A DNA stretch of 64,000 bases, taken from Zygnema circumcarinatum SAG 698-1b (taxonomy: Eukaryota > Plantae > Zygnematophyceae). Of this stretch, positions 8,688 to 25,064 are shown piece after piece. The DNA lies in assembly GCA_037447605.1 (NCBI GenBank), contig CM074811.1, forward strand, positions 3,658,001 through 3,722,000. The letters are read 5' to 3'. How positions within the stretch are numbered: the first letter of the stretch is position 1; each line of letters begins with the position of its first letter. A model generated the notes under the pieces. It was not told the DNA's origin and did not search any database. It was given only the letters and a program-made list of their open reading frames with translations. A program made the translations under genes and the position numbers.

Positions 8688-11600
8688 ATGGCGAAAATTC
8701 AGAATCCTTTTGATCTCTTGAGCCTCTCGTCGACGCCAGAAGGCACTGGCTCGCGTCCGGCAAAAAGCTCCGATAGCCGAAAGCGGAGAGGACGGAATCG
8801 AGCAAAAGGGCAAGGCCCAAGTGCAGGGGATGATTCGCTCTTGGAGACAGACGTTCAATCAGCCGAAGTACCGCTTCATGCGGAAAATGCTGCACTCTCT
8901 CAGCTCGATGTAACGGCTGGATCAGAGAGAAAGGACGTCGATGAGGCTACTGTAGGCGAGACTGCTGTCTCAGGAATAAACGGCTCTTTTGATTCCGGAG
9001 GTTTTATTACGAGGAAAGACACAAAGAATCGTGCCAATTCAGCTTCAAATTCTCATAATTCTGATGTTCCTTTTGTACACGAGAATGCAAAGTCTGCCGT
9101 AGGTATGAAAGAAGCAATGCCTTCTGAGCTCCGGCCTCAATCAAATGAGGCCCTTGATCAACCCATAGATGTGGAAAAGGCTGCCCTTGAGGCTGCAGCA
9201 AGAACTGTTTCCGCCAACAGTGGGAGGCGTGTTCAGCTGTGGTACGAATGGATTGCCCGGGCTCAAAGCAGCCACGATGATGATAAGTACAAGCCACTAA
9301 CTTGGAAACAGGTGTGCTAAAGACCACTCAAGCCACTCCATTCCTCCATCTGTTGGAATTTGAAACAAACTTCCATGCACCCATTCCTGTAGTAGCCAAA
9401 TCCCAAGGCCCAATCCCCAGGTCTTGCAGCTTGAGACAGAATTGTTGACATCAACTCAAATGCAGCTGACCGGATCCTTCTAACCGAACAAGGCCCCAGC
9501 GAAAGTGTTGTTTCTAGTTAGGCTTTAATAGCTCAAGAGATAACCACGTGTGCTTGTGAAGGTCAAGTAGGACAAGCAACAATAATAGCAAGTTAGTATC
9601 TTTCGCTGAATAAGTTTTACCAAATTATAGGTCTTCGAGTGAAGGAACAAGAGAGTAGTTTAAGTTGTGACTCGACAAGTCAGTAAGGTGAGTGCTTGGC
9701 AATGTCGTAATTTTGTCCATGTATTGCCGGGGGAGAAAGATGCTTTTTTCCGAGAAGGCGTGACAAATTTAAATGAAATTCGTCAATTAGTCTTCCGCTT
9801 TACGTGAAGTTTGGTAGTCATATTGATACTTCAGTACCCAGGCTAATTACTGCAGCAGCTTGCAAACTTTGCAATTGCATGCCAGAAGGATGTCCTTCCA
9901 GTCATGTCTGACTCCTTACTCTGGGACTAGCCACTGTTTACAACCTGAGGAAAGAAAAAAGCGGATCACACGCGTAATGATCTGGTCTGTAGGATGCTCT
10001 TTGTTGTTTTCATCTTGCAGGTTCTGTTGCAAAGTCAAGCTCTGGAAATAACTTTATCAGCCTGCGTTAACCCTCCACTAGGGGCTTCAGACCGACCTCA
10101 TTTGCAGGTTTGAGCTCGGAGACTGTGATCTAGCCTGTTGCGGCAGTGTCCGCTGTCATTGTTAGTGAGCAGAACAATTTGTTCCTAACGTGAAGCACCC
10201 TTTTTGGAGGACATCCCTAAATATTGCGTGTGACTATGGAAGGTCACGTCTGTACGCCGCTGGTGCGGCATTGTCGAAATGTGAGCTTGGAGAGAGTTGA
10301 AACTGTACAGCTTGTGGGATCAGACGTCCGACGGGTTAAGTGCCGTGGTTGCAGAATCTCCTTTCTACTTTCCTTGCCAATGCAGAGGCTGCGCAAGTCC
10401 TTGCACAGGTTGTGCTGGACCTCGCTCAAGGCCTGGCAACTGCAGGCAACTGTGGGAATGGGTTGTTACTTGCCATGCAACAGGCACTCTCTTCTTCCGT
10501 GTCTGCGCTAAAGGTAGGCTAGCTATTCATGATCTACCGTCAGGTCTTCTTGAACCATTCAGGCGAACATAGTTGAATAATCAGAAATGGTTGGATTATT
10601 TCTCCACAATGGTAATGGTGGAAGGCATTGCAGTTGTTTGTTGTTCACGTTCCAGCAGCTTCATTAAAATGCCATAGTACAACTTAATTTGACCTACCTT
10701 TCGTGAATAGCCAGACACGTTGCTAACGCACTCAAACCTTATTGGTGTTGGAAGTTAGCACTGATGAAGTAGTCCTCGTCTGTGTTATGTTATGTCACAT
10801 TGTTTGCAACCTTCAGAACAAGAGAGAATAGGCAATGTGGGCCTTCCGATTCAGGTTATCAGAAAATGTTACAAGGTTATGTTCAGGCATGGAAGGACGA
10901 ATGATGTTATCTCCACAGCGGGTAGTCGTGTAATAGGTTACTTTCGTAGTTGGGTTGCCGTTGCTGAACGTGTTGCATCCAAGTTAACTTCCAGGATACT
11001 ACAGATTGCTGTGCGATGTGATGATGTGTGTATATGTATACCATCAGGCCTATGTTAGTAGTAATTCTGTGGAAGGTGTCTGTGGGTTTGGCCATCGCAG
11101 GAGGGGCAAACAGGCTGGGCAATGCAAGCGCTCTCGCAGCGCCTGAACGACGCAGCCATCGCAGGGCACCTGCAGAAGCTGAATGCAAAGGTAGGCCGAC
11201 AACTTTGTCGACTGTCCCATTCGTTCTGCAAGAAGACTAGGGGCTGTTGACGTTTGAAACATTTCGACTCCACGTACCGGCAACTCGAAGCACTTCCTGA
11301 CAACTGTCTCATGGAATTGGCTAAACGGTTCGAGCCGGAAACATGGGATTTCTGTGCTGTGCAGGCCGGGGATGCAGAACAGCTCCTCAATCAACAGGGC
11401 TCGGACCCAAATGAATTTTCCACTCTCTCTGAGCGGGCAAGGTTAGCTACTATGTCTGTGGACCCCAGATATTGAGTTTTGCTATAAGGGCAAAATTAAA
11501 TGCAGTCGTTTACTAAGGGATAGAGATAACCGGTGTCAATGACTTGTTTTTAGCGTTATTCCATGACTAGTTTCCAAGGGCCTCTGAGGCTTGCCCTGAT

Positions 11601-14600
11601 TGATTATGGCTCGCCTTTGGTGACTCTCATTTTTCTTTTTCATTGCAGGCTATCGCAGCAGCTTGTGAAATTGAGTGAGGAGCGGCTTGTGCTGCTCCTG
11701 CCTGATGAGCCGCCCAATCTTTCTGCGGAAGGCCAAGCAAAAGGTCGAGAAGAATCTTCTGCAGCTCATGCCTTGCATAGCATTCGGCAACTGGCAGCTC
11801 AAATTAGTCTGCGACGTTCACAGGTCCAAGAGGCGAATGGTGTAAGCAACCATGGCTTTTTTGCGCTCAATGTTTTTCGGTTTTGCCTTTCATGTTGTGG
11901 GGTTCGCACAAGCTCATTTAATACAAGGAGGATAATGTAAAACATTGCTGCTGTACATTGTTGACTGTAACGTCTCGTCGACCAATCAGATCGGGAATAC
12001 GAACTGTTTAAGAGTGTTTGTATCCGTATGTCACATATAGTGCCAATTTGGTTAGCACCTTTCTCTAGTACACCTTACATCCTTGAAGCTTCTATTAGCA
12101 GAAAGTTTGCCGTTTAAAAAGTGAATAGTTTAGCAGGACCTAAATGCTTTTGTTGTGCGTCTAGCTTCAAGTTCACCCTTGACCAGTGTGAGAGTGTTTG
12201 GCATAATGTTACGAGCACAGCTGCCCACCGTAGAGCCGCCGAGTGCGCCTTCTCGAGAGGACAGCCGACAGCAAGCGATGCAGAAATCCCAAGAGCTGCA
12301 GCAGCTGGTGGTGCAGCTGGCGGATGAAGAAACTGCTCTTCAAATGCAGGTCCTTAAACTCTGCCCAAGACCATTCAAGGTTTCACTGGTCGTGCCCATT
12401 TGGTGTATGCTGACTCATCCTAAGACAGGTGTGGTCAAGGTTGCTACACACTCGAAAGAGAAAAAAAACGAATGGGTTTTAGCTTACTGATGAATTGTTC
12501 GATCACTGCAGCTCGTGGCTGCAGAAAAGGAGGTTGAGCGTTTGCGAGGATCTCTCGCAGCTCTTGATACAAGGCGTCAAGTGTTGAACGCACAGCTTGA
12601 AGCTTCTGCGCAGGTAGGACCTCTTTAGGAGCCCACTCACAACTGGGAAATGAACGTGGGATCCCTACTTGTGTGACGAGCACGAACTATTGGATGGGTC
12701 CCGTCCTGGGAGTGTTTTGGGGCACAGGCGTCCCGAGAGGGCGGCTTGCCATGTGCGCCTAACGGTGTTATGAGGCACAGGCGCCCCGAGAGGGCCGCTT
12801 GCCATGTGCGCCTAACTATGTTATAAGGCACAGGCGTCCCGAGGGGGCGGCTTGACATGTGCGCCTAACTTTGGGGTCTCGCAGGAGCAGGGCGCGGAGG
12901 CGGGCGGTCTGGAGGAGGCAGAGGGCGCCCTGCAGAGGGCGGGGCCCGCGGAGCGAGCCCACTTGTGGTGTGCGCAACAGCTCGGGGTGGTGCACTCGCT
13001 GGAGGCCCTGCTGGTGCGGCCAGCGGAGGTGGGCAGCAGGGGCACCATGCAAGGACTCCTTTCAACTTTCAAGCTGTGGTGCTAGTCACTTAACATGAAT
13101 GGGGCGACTCCGTCGCATCCTGTTCTTTCTGGTTCAATCAGTGGTTGGGTTTCAACTGTGGGGTTTGATGGTTTTGAAGATGCTCGTCGATCTCTTGTCT
13201 CTCTCTGATAAAGAAAAAGGCGATTGTGTATTTCACACTTTCAGGGGAGTAGTGGCAGCAACGACAGCGCACAGGAAGAGATGGTGTGTGGGGTCATGTG
13301 CCGCGCTGTGGTGGAGCACCTGCAAGCATTGGCGGGCTTTATGGCGCACAAACAGCAGCAGCTGCACGAGTGCGGGCCTTTCTCCCCTTTTCTTCTTTCT
13401 TTTCATGCTCTGCCGTGTCCTACTTGTTGTGGGTCGTTTTGTTCAGCGATCAATCCGTAATGTTTGTTCGTCTGTGTGAGGTACAGAGCTGGTCAACGTC
13501 TCCACTTCAGTCAGGCTAAGTTGGCATCAATGGAGGCTGATCTCGCACGCCTGCGTGAACGCAAGCAGACGCAGCTGGTGGGCTGCTGCCCCCCTCAGCT
13601 TGAGTGTGCCGGACTAAAATACTGCATACAGCGACTGCGTAGAAATGGAATTTCCTGCATCCCCATTGGATGTGAACAAGGGGATCAGTTCTTCGTTTTG
13701 TTGAGTTGGAGACATTGATGGAGTCGTGTGCTTTCTCAACATTCTTGCTTAAAGTGAGGGAGTCTGAATGGTGGGTGCAGGCCAAAGAGTTAGAAAAGCC
13801 CAGGGAAAGCTACAGCACCATGAGCAAGGTGAGGAAGGATGTCAGACTGCATCCCACAGATGATGTACCGTGAAAGCCTTTTTTGCTCACATAATTCTTC
13901 GTTTGTGTTGTCCTTCACGTAATGATTCTGGTGGAAGACACGATCATCTTGAAACATAAACAATGACTATGCCTGTGTGTCAAGGGCGTTCATGTAGATA
14001 CACCCATGACTCCACTTTCTATGAGCTTTCTATGACCTCGTTTGTTACTTAGGTTGTCAGTTTTCTTGCAGTAATGTCTTAAAGTGATGCGCATGCAGGA
14101 GTGGGCTGCCCGAGTGGAGGCAATCCTGGCGGAGGCGGCGGAGGCGGAGGCGGCGCTGCAGCGGCCCGCTCTGCGCACAGCGGTGGCGCTGCTACCCCCG
14201 CAGCCGCCCGTGCACCGCCTGCTCGGCCAGATCGGCCTCCTCCTGCACCAGGTGTGCCCCTACTCTCGCTACGCACACTCCTGCAAATCAATGCAAATCC
14301 GTCAGTCCACCGAGCTTCTCCAAGTAGGAATCGTCTAAACGAATTGTCCTGTAGTGATAACGCGCATATGGGTAGTATCCAAGTCCGATGGGTTACATTT
14401 TGTCCATGGAGGCCAACTTGATGGAGACATGTGGAACAAAGTTCAGTTCTTGACGGGAGGGAGTAGTGGTCTATGCTGTTTTAGGTTGTCCACAGGCGCC
14501 ATGCGCTTGACGTGCCAAGTAGGGAAGGACAGCGAATAGATCAATGGTTTGTTCGATCGTCAGTTGCGGAGCACAATCGATGGTTGACAAACTATTTGAT

Positions 14601-16063
14601 CTTGTTCATTGCCCTCGCCTTGTCTCCTTGTCTCGGAGAGGGATGAGAGGAGAGATTGCCCAAAAATAAAGATTGCCTGGTCATTTTGCAGTGTCCAATC
14701 TGATCTCTGAGCCGCCTCTGCAGTTTCTTTCTTTGCTAACCTCGCCACCTGTGTCCCTATCATATAGAAGATGGTCTTTCTGCGTTTACGTGCTGCTTGT
14801 ATTGAAGCAGAGGTTATTTCCAAAACGTTTTCCTAGAACCTAGTGGTTGCTTTCCAAGTTTGCACTGTCCTGATACAGTCTGTGGGGTTGCAGGTGAAGG
14901 TGGAGCACAGCACCATACTGGCGGGCCCCCCTCTCCCATCCCCTGCAGAAGTTGCGGTAGACGCACCTCGACCCTCCCGACTAGTGCAGCGTCCCCAGAT
15001 AGCGCCGCAAAGTTCTGCACAGGAGGTGCTTCTAAGCGAACTCTCACCTGCTCCCGCAGCTGCCTGCTTGCTGGTTTGTTGAGCCGGAAGCTTGTGACTT
15101 GAATGTTGTCCGATAGTTTTATGCTGAGGTTGCAATGGTTACTGACAGGCTGCCAACCAAGGGGGGCGAACTAAGGGTGGTCTCTGCTGTGTTGTTTGGA
15201 TTGGCAGACTGCAGCAGGCAACAAAAGAGGGACTACATCTCAGAGAGGGCGGCGTCCAGGGCAGGTGCGACTCCTTGTGTCGGACTTTTGTCTTATTTGC
15301 AATTGAAGGAAATGAACAAGTTTATTGTGATTGGGGTCGTGGGGTCGAAGTACGGGAGGAGCATTGCTGAAGGTGTAAAGAGAACGGGCGACTTAACTGC
15401 AGGGTTATGACTCTGCTCATGCGTTATCTTTAGAGACCTAAGTGATACCTGTATCAGAGCGTACTGTTGCTTGTCATATTTCATTCAGTGACGAAAAGAG
15501 TTTGGAAGCAGACCACTACTGGCATTTCCATAGGTGAATTTGGTTTCGAGACGACGATTGCATAGCAGGCTCGCATCCGGAATGGTTCCGCACTTGCACT
15601 CAGGAATGCCACTCAAGCGGAGGTTGTATGCGGTTTTGACAGAGTGGAGCACCGGCCAAAGTTCCGGAAAGTGCCGACCACAGTGTTCGCCAAGCAGCCA
15701 GCCATGGCCAGCATGCAATAGGGCCTGTAAAGGTGCGTCTCTACTCCCCTCCGCAAACTGTGGCAGTACAACCGTCCCGTCCTCCTATCCTTCATGCATG
15801 CAACACAAGTGATCTGTGCTACGAGGAATACAGGCGGAATGTGAACGGGTCCGATGCAAGTGCAGCCTGAGGGGTGCACCGCTTCCATTTCCGTTGTTCT
15901 TCAGCGGCCGACCTGTCACTTTGTCAGGTGGCAGCCCCAGTCAGCGGCTTTCCTGACTCGGTGCATGTCCGTGCAGGGTGCGGCTGCATCCCTCGGGCCG
16001 GGTGAGCTGCCCGCTCCCGTGCCGCAGCTGGGAGCGTGGAAGGATCTCCGCCTTTCTTCATGA
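8688..16063 (+). CDS. Uncharacterised multi-exon coiled-coil protein
   Basis: gccATGGCG start at 8688 (MAKIQNPFDLL...). Exon 1 ends KQ|gt near 9311. Further GT-AG-bounded open exons near 10021, 10350, 11075, 11385, 11650, 12222, 12513, 12885, 13246, 13514, 13781, 14086, 14895 and 15977 encode helical heptad-rich sequence (LVAAEKEVERLRGSLAALDTRRQVLNAQLEASAQ). The exon set and 3' end are approximate. Confidence 0.7.
12721..12869. repeat. 53-bp intronic tandem repeat, ~2.8 copies
   Basis: Unit ggcacaggcg(t/c)cccgag(a/g)ggg..cttg(c/a)catgtgcgcctaac... starts at 12721, 12774 and 12827. Confidence 0.95.
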
Positions 16064-16883
16064 GCGTTTGGAGGGGCCGCCATGGATCATCTGTCCAGAG
16101 GAGACAATAGCAGTGCATCCTGCCTTCTGACTGGCCCTTTTGGCCATGACGACGCCGGAGAGATGGGCAGGCTGCCCATTCCCACCGGACAAAACAAAGG
16201 GTGCACGTGTCCTGTTTCAGAATAGCGCTAAATTTGTTGGAACATATTGCTGGTTCACATTTTAGCCTTATTGTATGCTTTCAGCGCGGTGAGTACTGTT
16301 GACGAGAGTGGTCTAGCTGTTGGGTGTGTGTGGACTTTGCGGCATTCATGGGTTGTGTGTCCTTGGTCCGTGCTCTCCCGCGCGTGTTTCCATTGCAAGA
16401 TGGCGCACTGCGAGCCTGGCGCTCCCCTCCATAAAGACGAATGTGTACCTCTCGCGCATCAAATTGCATGGGAAAGAGCAATAGCAACGTCAGGAAAGGC
16501 CCCCGAACTGCCCGGAGGGGGTGGGGCAGCACAGCACTGCGGTACAACGCGGCAGGCAAACGCTTCAATTCAGCGAAAAGACGAGGGGTTCGCGTCCTCG
16601 TGTTCCTTCCATTCCTTCCTCCCTCCATGCCCCTCCCTCCGGGGAAGCAACCGGAAGGCAAGGGTCCCTTGCACCCGAGGAGGCCTTTTCGTGCCGTACG
16701 GCGTGTTGTGTCACGTCACGTACGGCCCCTCCTATCAAGCAGATGGAAACGTTTTCGCCTGCCCGCAATTCAAATTCGGTCGCGTATCGCGCGTATCGCC
16801 CGAGACCGCGCCGGCTCCGACAAGCAGCGCGGGGGTAGGGAGAGAGGGAGGGGCAGGGAGGGGAAGAAAGGGGGAGGGCGGTC

Positions 16884-17695
16884 ATGGCGGGCGCGCAGGC
16901 CGACATCAGCCGCGCCTTCGCGCAGAGGAAACCGCGCGTGCACGGAAAGGACCGGCTCGCGAAGGCGCCCTCCGGCTTGGAGGCGCAGGGCCGCTGGCAA
17001 AGCGAAACCGGAAAGTGCGATGCGGAGAAGCCTCAGGTCTCGGCAGAGCGGAGGTGGCAGCTGGAGGCAGCTCTGGATGAAGGTGAGAAGACTGCGTTAG
17101 TGAAGCTTCAGATTGGGTCTCATTATTTCCACGAAACGTTCTTGCCGAGGTGGGGGGGAGGGGGGGGGGGGGGTGGGGGGTGGCGTGCGCTCGTCTTCAA
17201 TTTTACTTGGAATATCTGCCCATGTGGATATTTTTTATTCTTAAACAGCAGTTAGGCAGAGGTTGCGACTTCTCTCGTTTAGACAAAGAAGTGACAAAGA
17301 ATCGAAACTCAGGCCACAATCAAATGCGCGTTACTTTGGTACTTGTTTAGTTTGGGCTTTTGACGGCTGTGGAGGTGGAACACTGTTGCAAGCACAGTCT
17401 CGGGTGGGTTTGACATGGCTTCAGCTACACGAGTTGCAAGACATAGACATCTTTTTTTTTTTTTTTAATGGCTGACAGCTGAACGTGCTCTGCCATTTTA
17501 GATGCGGAAGAAGAGATGGAGGTTGCTTTGCGAGCATGGGACATGGACATGAGGTACGGGCCTTGCATCGGAGTCACCCGATTGCAGCGGTGGGAGCGCG
17601 CCAAAAGACTGGGCCTATCGCCTCCTGAGCACGTGCACGACTTCCTCGTCCACGCGGGGGCCACTCGCCACTGCTTGTGGGAGAATCGAGTGTAG
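16884..17695 (+). CDS. POLD4: DNA polymerase delta subunit 4 (p12)
   Basis: join(16884-17082,17502-17695) = 393 nt. C-terminal LRAWDMDMRYGPCIGVTRLQRWERAKRLGLSPP is the family signature. Confidence 0.93.
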
Positions 17696-18609
17696 ACTGC
17701 TCCTGCAATCTGGACGCCTTAAAGGCGTCGATCTTTAATCTCTCTTCATTCAAATTCGGCTTCCCCCAGGGGTATGCAGGGGGGCTGTTGTATAGTCACA
17801 TGGGGCCCTTTCTTCGGTTTTGTTGCCAACTGAACTGCTTTAAGTGACCGCCTTTCTCTTCTCGGCTGAGAGTCTTTAAATGCCGAAGGCCGCTTAAGCT
17901 CAGATGCGCACTGAACTTAGGTTGTAGCGTACCTCCAGCTTTCTAAAGCTATATCGTATGTCCAAAGGGCACTTTTATGGCTATCTATGCTGCTATAGTT
18001 CCTGTAGGGGCGACTTTGCAATAGGAATTAGGATTGGGTGGCCAATTAGGGGAGCACTTGTTAGTGGGGCGACAAATGTTCCGTGAAATCGCAAAGTTTT
18101 CCGGCATTCACGTCAGGCATAAGTGGCGTGTTGTTGGAAGCTTGCACGCAGCCTTCGAACGACCTCACCAATGCCGGCATCCCTGTCTGTTCACAAGTAT
18201 GACGTGATGCTGAACAGAAGAAGCTTTTGTTGGAAAGATTTCTCCATGTGTTTGATGGGGACTGCAACACCCGGCCTATACAAAGCCGAAAGTGCACAAA
18301 TTCAACCAGTACTGAACACCGCGCGGTGTAAAAGAGATGCAAGGAAAACAAAACTTTTGAGTGATGGCGTCGCAATCGAAGGAAGAAACCAAACACGGTC
18401 GCGGCTGGACGTCCAAATCCTGCCGCAAACCGTTTTTCCATATAAAAAAAAATCAAAATTTCACGGCTTCCGAGCTTCTAGATTGAGAGCACGCTCGCTG
18501 CCGCCTGCCGAGTCAAGTCCCAAGGACAGAAAATGCTTCAGATAACCAAATCATTCGCACCCAAAAAAAAAAACCTTCTGCCGACGATTTATTGCACGGA
18601 TCCAGCCGC

Positions 18610-22862
<4,253 letters not shown>

Positions 22863-23230
22863 GGCCACGGCCGTGTATGGCCTCCTCGAGCGAGTGGCGT
22901 CAGCGAGCGATGGCCTCCCTCCCTCCCTCTCCCGCGTCGCCTGTAGCGGGCGCATCGTATCGTATCGGAATGCGCAATTCCTTTTGTATCGTTTCGTATC
23001 GGTCTGTATCTATCGTACCGCGGCGAGGTGGGCAGGCGCAACTCCCCGCGCGCGGCGCGGAGCGGAGCGGATGGGCCCGCCGGCGGCCATGGCTGCACCT
23101 CCGGATGCGGCGCAGCCCGCCATGACGCCCGCCTCCCTCGCCCCTTCACGCCTGCCGAGCACCGCTGCAGGAGGCGTCCTCTGGGGCCCGCTGCTAAATA
23201 ATGCAGCCATAGTGGCCAGGGCGTCACGGC

Positions 23231-25017
23231 ATGGAGTCCACCGGCAGCAGCAGCAGCAGCGCGACAGCTCTGAACCTGAGCGATGAGTGGGAGGCGGCGT
23301 ATCGGCCGCTGCCGGCGCTTTTCCTTGGCTTCTTCTTCACCTGGGCGCTGCTCCTCGCCGCCTGGGTGGCACACACTTGGCTTAAGCGCCGCTGGCAGGT
23401 CGCTTCTCCGCCTTCTCCACTGCGAGGGGGGGCATCTGCGCTCACTGCACGCACTGCTCGCTGGTGGGGCGGGTGTAGAAGCTCTCTCGTGAAATTTTTA
23501 GTCGCTTGTGTGGCTGTCATTTCGACCAGGCTATGTTCCATCTAAATCTACACACGGTTCCTAGCTTGTAGGAACGCTCAGGTGATCTTGCTCAATGGCG
23601 AACGTCTTAAGGAAAGAGATCGTCCAAACGGCGTGGCTTGTGCGTCCTGTCGGTGCTACTGAAACGCTGAAACGCGAGAATCAGATAGACGCGTGACAGC
23701 AACCGTCCTAACGTGTTACATCCATGGCGGGGTCCGTCAGCGCCGACTCAGAGTGGATGCTGTTGTGCAGCCTGTGTGCATTCTGTAGCCAACAAGTTCC
23801 AAAGACATAAGGGTTATCTCCTATTGCATTTCTCATTCTGTCTCCGCACAAACACTCTGAACGGAGTGACCGAGTCATGTAGGCGTAAGCCCCATTTCCG
23901 AAGTAATGTATGCGAGATCAGACTACAAATTAGCCCTGGCGATTGTTGGGACTAGGAGTTCAGATCTTTTGATTCGTACTACTAGTAGTGCCAAATTGAC
24001 AGTTGCAAAGATGGTCTAGTTAGCTCTCTCTATATTCCTCACAGGCCTCCCTCGCTGGGAGGGGCAGCAAACCATGGAAAACGCCACCTTAGCGATTGCC
24101 CTCCTTTTGCGCGTGCAGAGCGCCGACCTGCAGTGGGCTCTCACTGCAGTGCCTCTCCTTAAGACCATCGTGCTCGGCCTCTCATTCTTCTTCTGGTAAG
24201 CGCTCCCCCTCGCCATAACCTCACACTGCGAGAGCCGCGAATAGGACACGCAGCGGGGAGGCGGATAGCACCGCACTCTCCATTCTGCTGCCCCCCAGGA
24301 AAAAGCTTTGCCACCCCACGCGCAGTGCATATGAGAGTGCCGTGCTGCAGTCCTCAGTAGCGCTGCGGATGGGCAGACGGCTTGCATGAGGACGAAGCGG
24401 AGTGAGCGGGTGGCAGGCGCTCGTGTCTTCGTGTCGGCGCGTGTTCGTTTTGGGTTGCTTTCGGCCTGTTCGTGGGGCGGCTCTTCTTGGAGACCTCGCT
24501 CCTCCTCGCGGCGCTGCTCATCGCGGAGGGCCTCTGCGTCACGCGGCCGCACCTCGCGCCCGCACAGCGCCGCACCATTGCGGGTGCGCCCCCCTCCCTC
24601 CAACCCGCCCGGGAGACGACTGGGGGAATGGCCGGGGTCATGTTTCAGAGGTCACACCGCAACTCGGGGGGTGCGGCTTCACGCACCCCTCCGCTGCAAT
24701 CTGGAAATGTAATGCAAAGGAGTTCGAGTGAACCAAAGCTGAAAGCCGGGGAGCCGAAACGAGAGAAACACCTCTTTGCACTTGTTGCACGGAAGTGCGC
24801 AGTTGCAGATCCTCACTTCAATTGAGAGACGGTGCTGCGACAAAAGTGAGCCTTCGGAGCCATCTCATACCGCATTGTTTCGTCTTGCAGGTTTTGTGTC
24901 TTTGCTGTACCTCACTCTGACAGGCTACAAGGCCGCTGTGCCCCGGTTCTCTGTGAGTTTTCCAGCCCCCCCCAGCGGCAGGAGCGTGTTCTCCACCAGC
25001 CCTGCCCGCTGAGCAGC

Positions 25018-25064
<47 letters not shown>

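Noticed and set aside
12721-12869. 53-bp repeat as a possible CRISPR array
   Set aside because: Contiguous tandem units without unique spacers, no cas genes, and located in a eukaryotic intron.
17152-17182. Long G-runs (also near 25940-25995 and 57290-57440) as functional G-quadruplexes
   Set aside because: G-runs are common throughout and two coincide with assembly gaps, so lengths are unreliable and no function can be supported.
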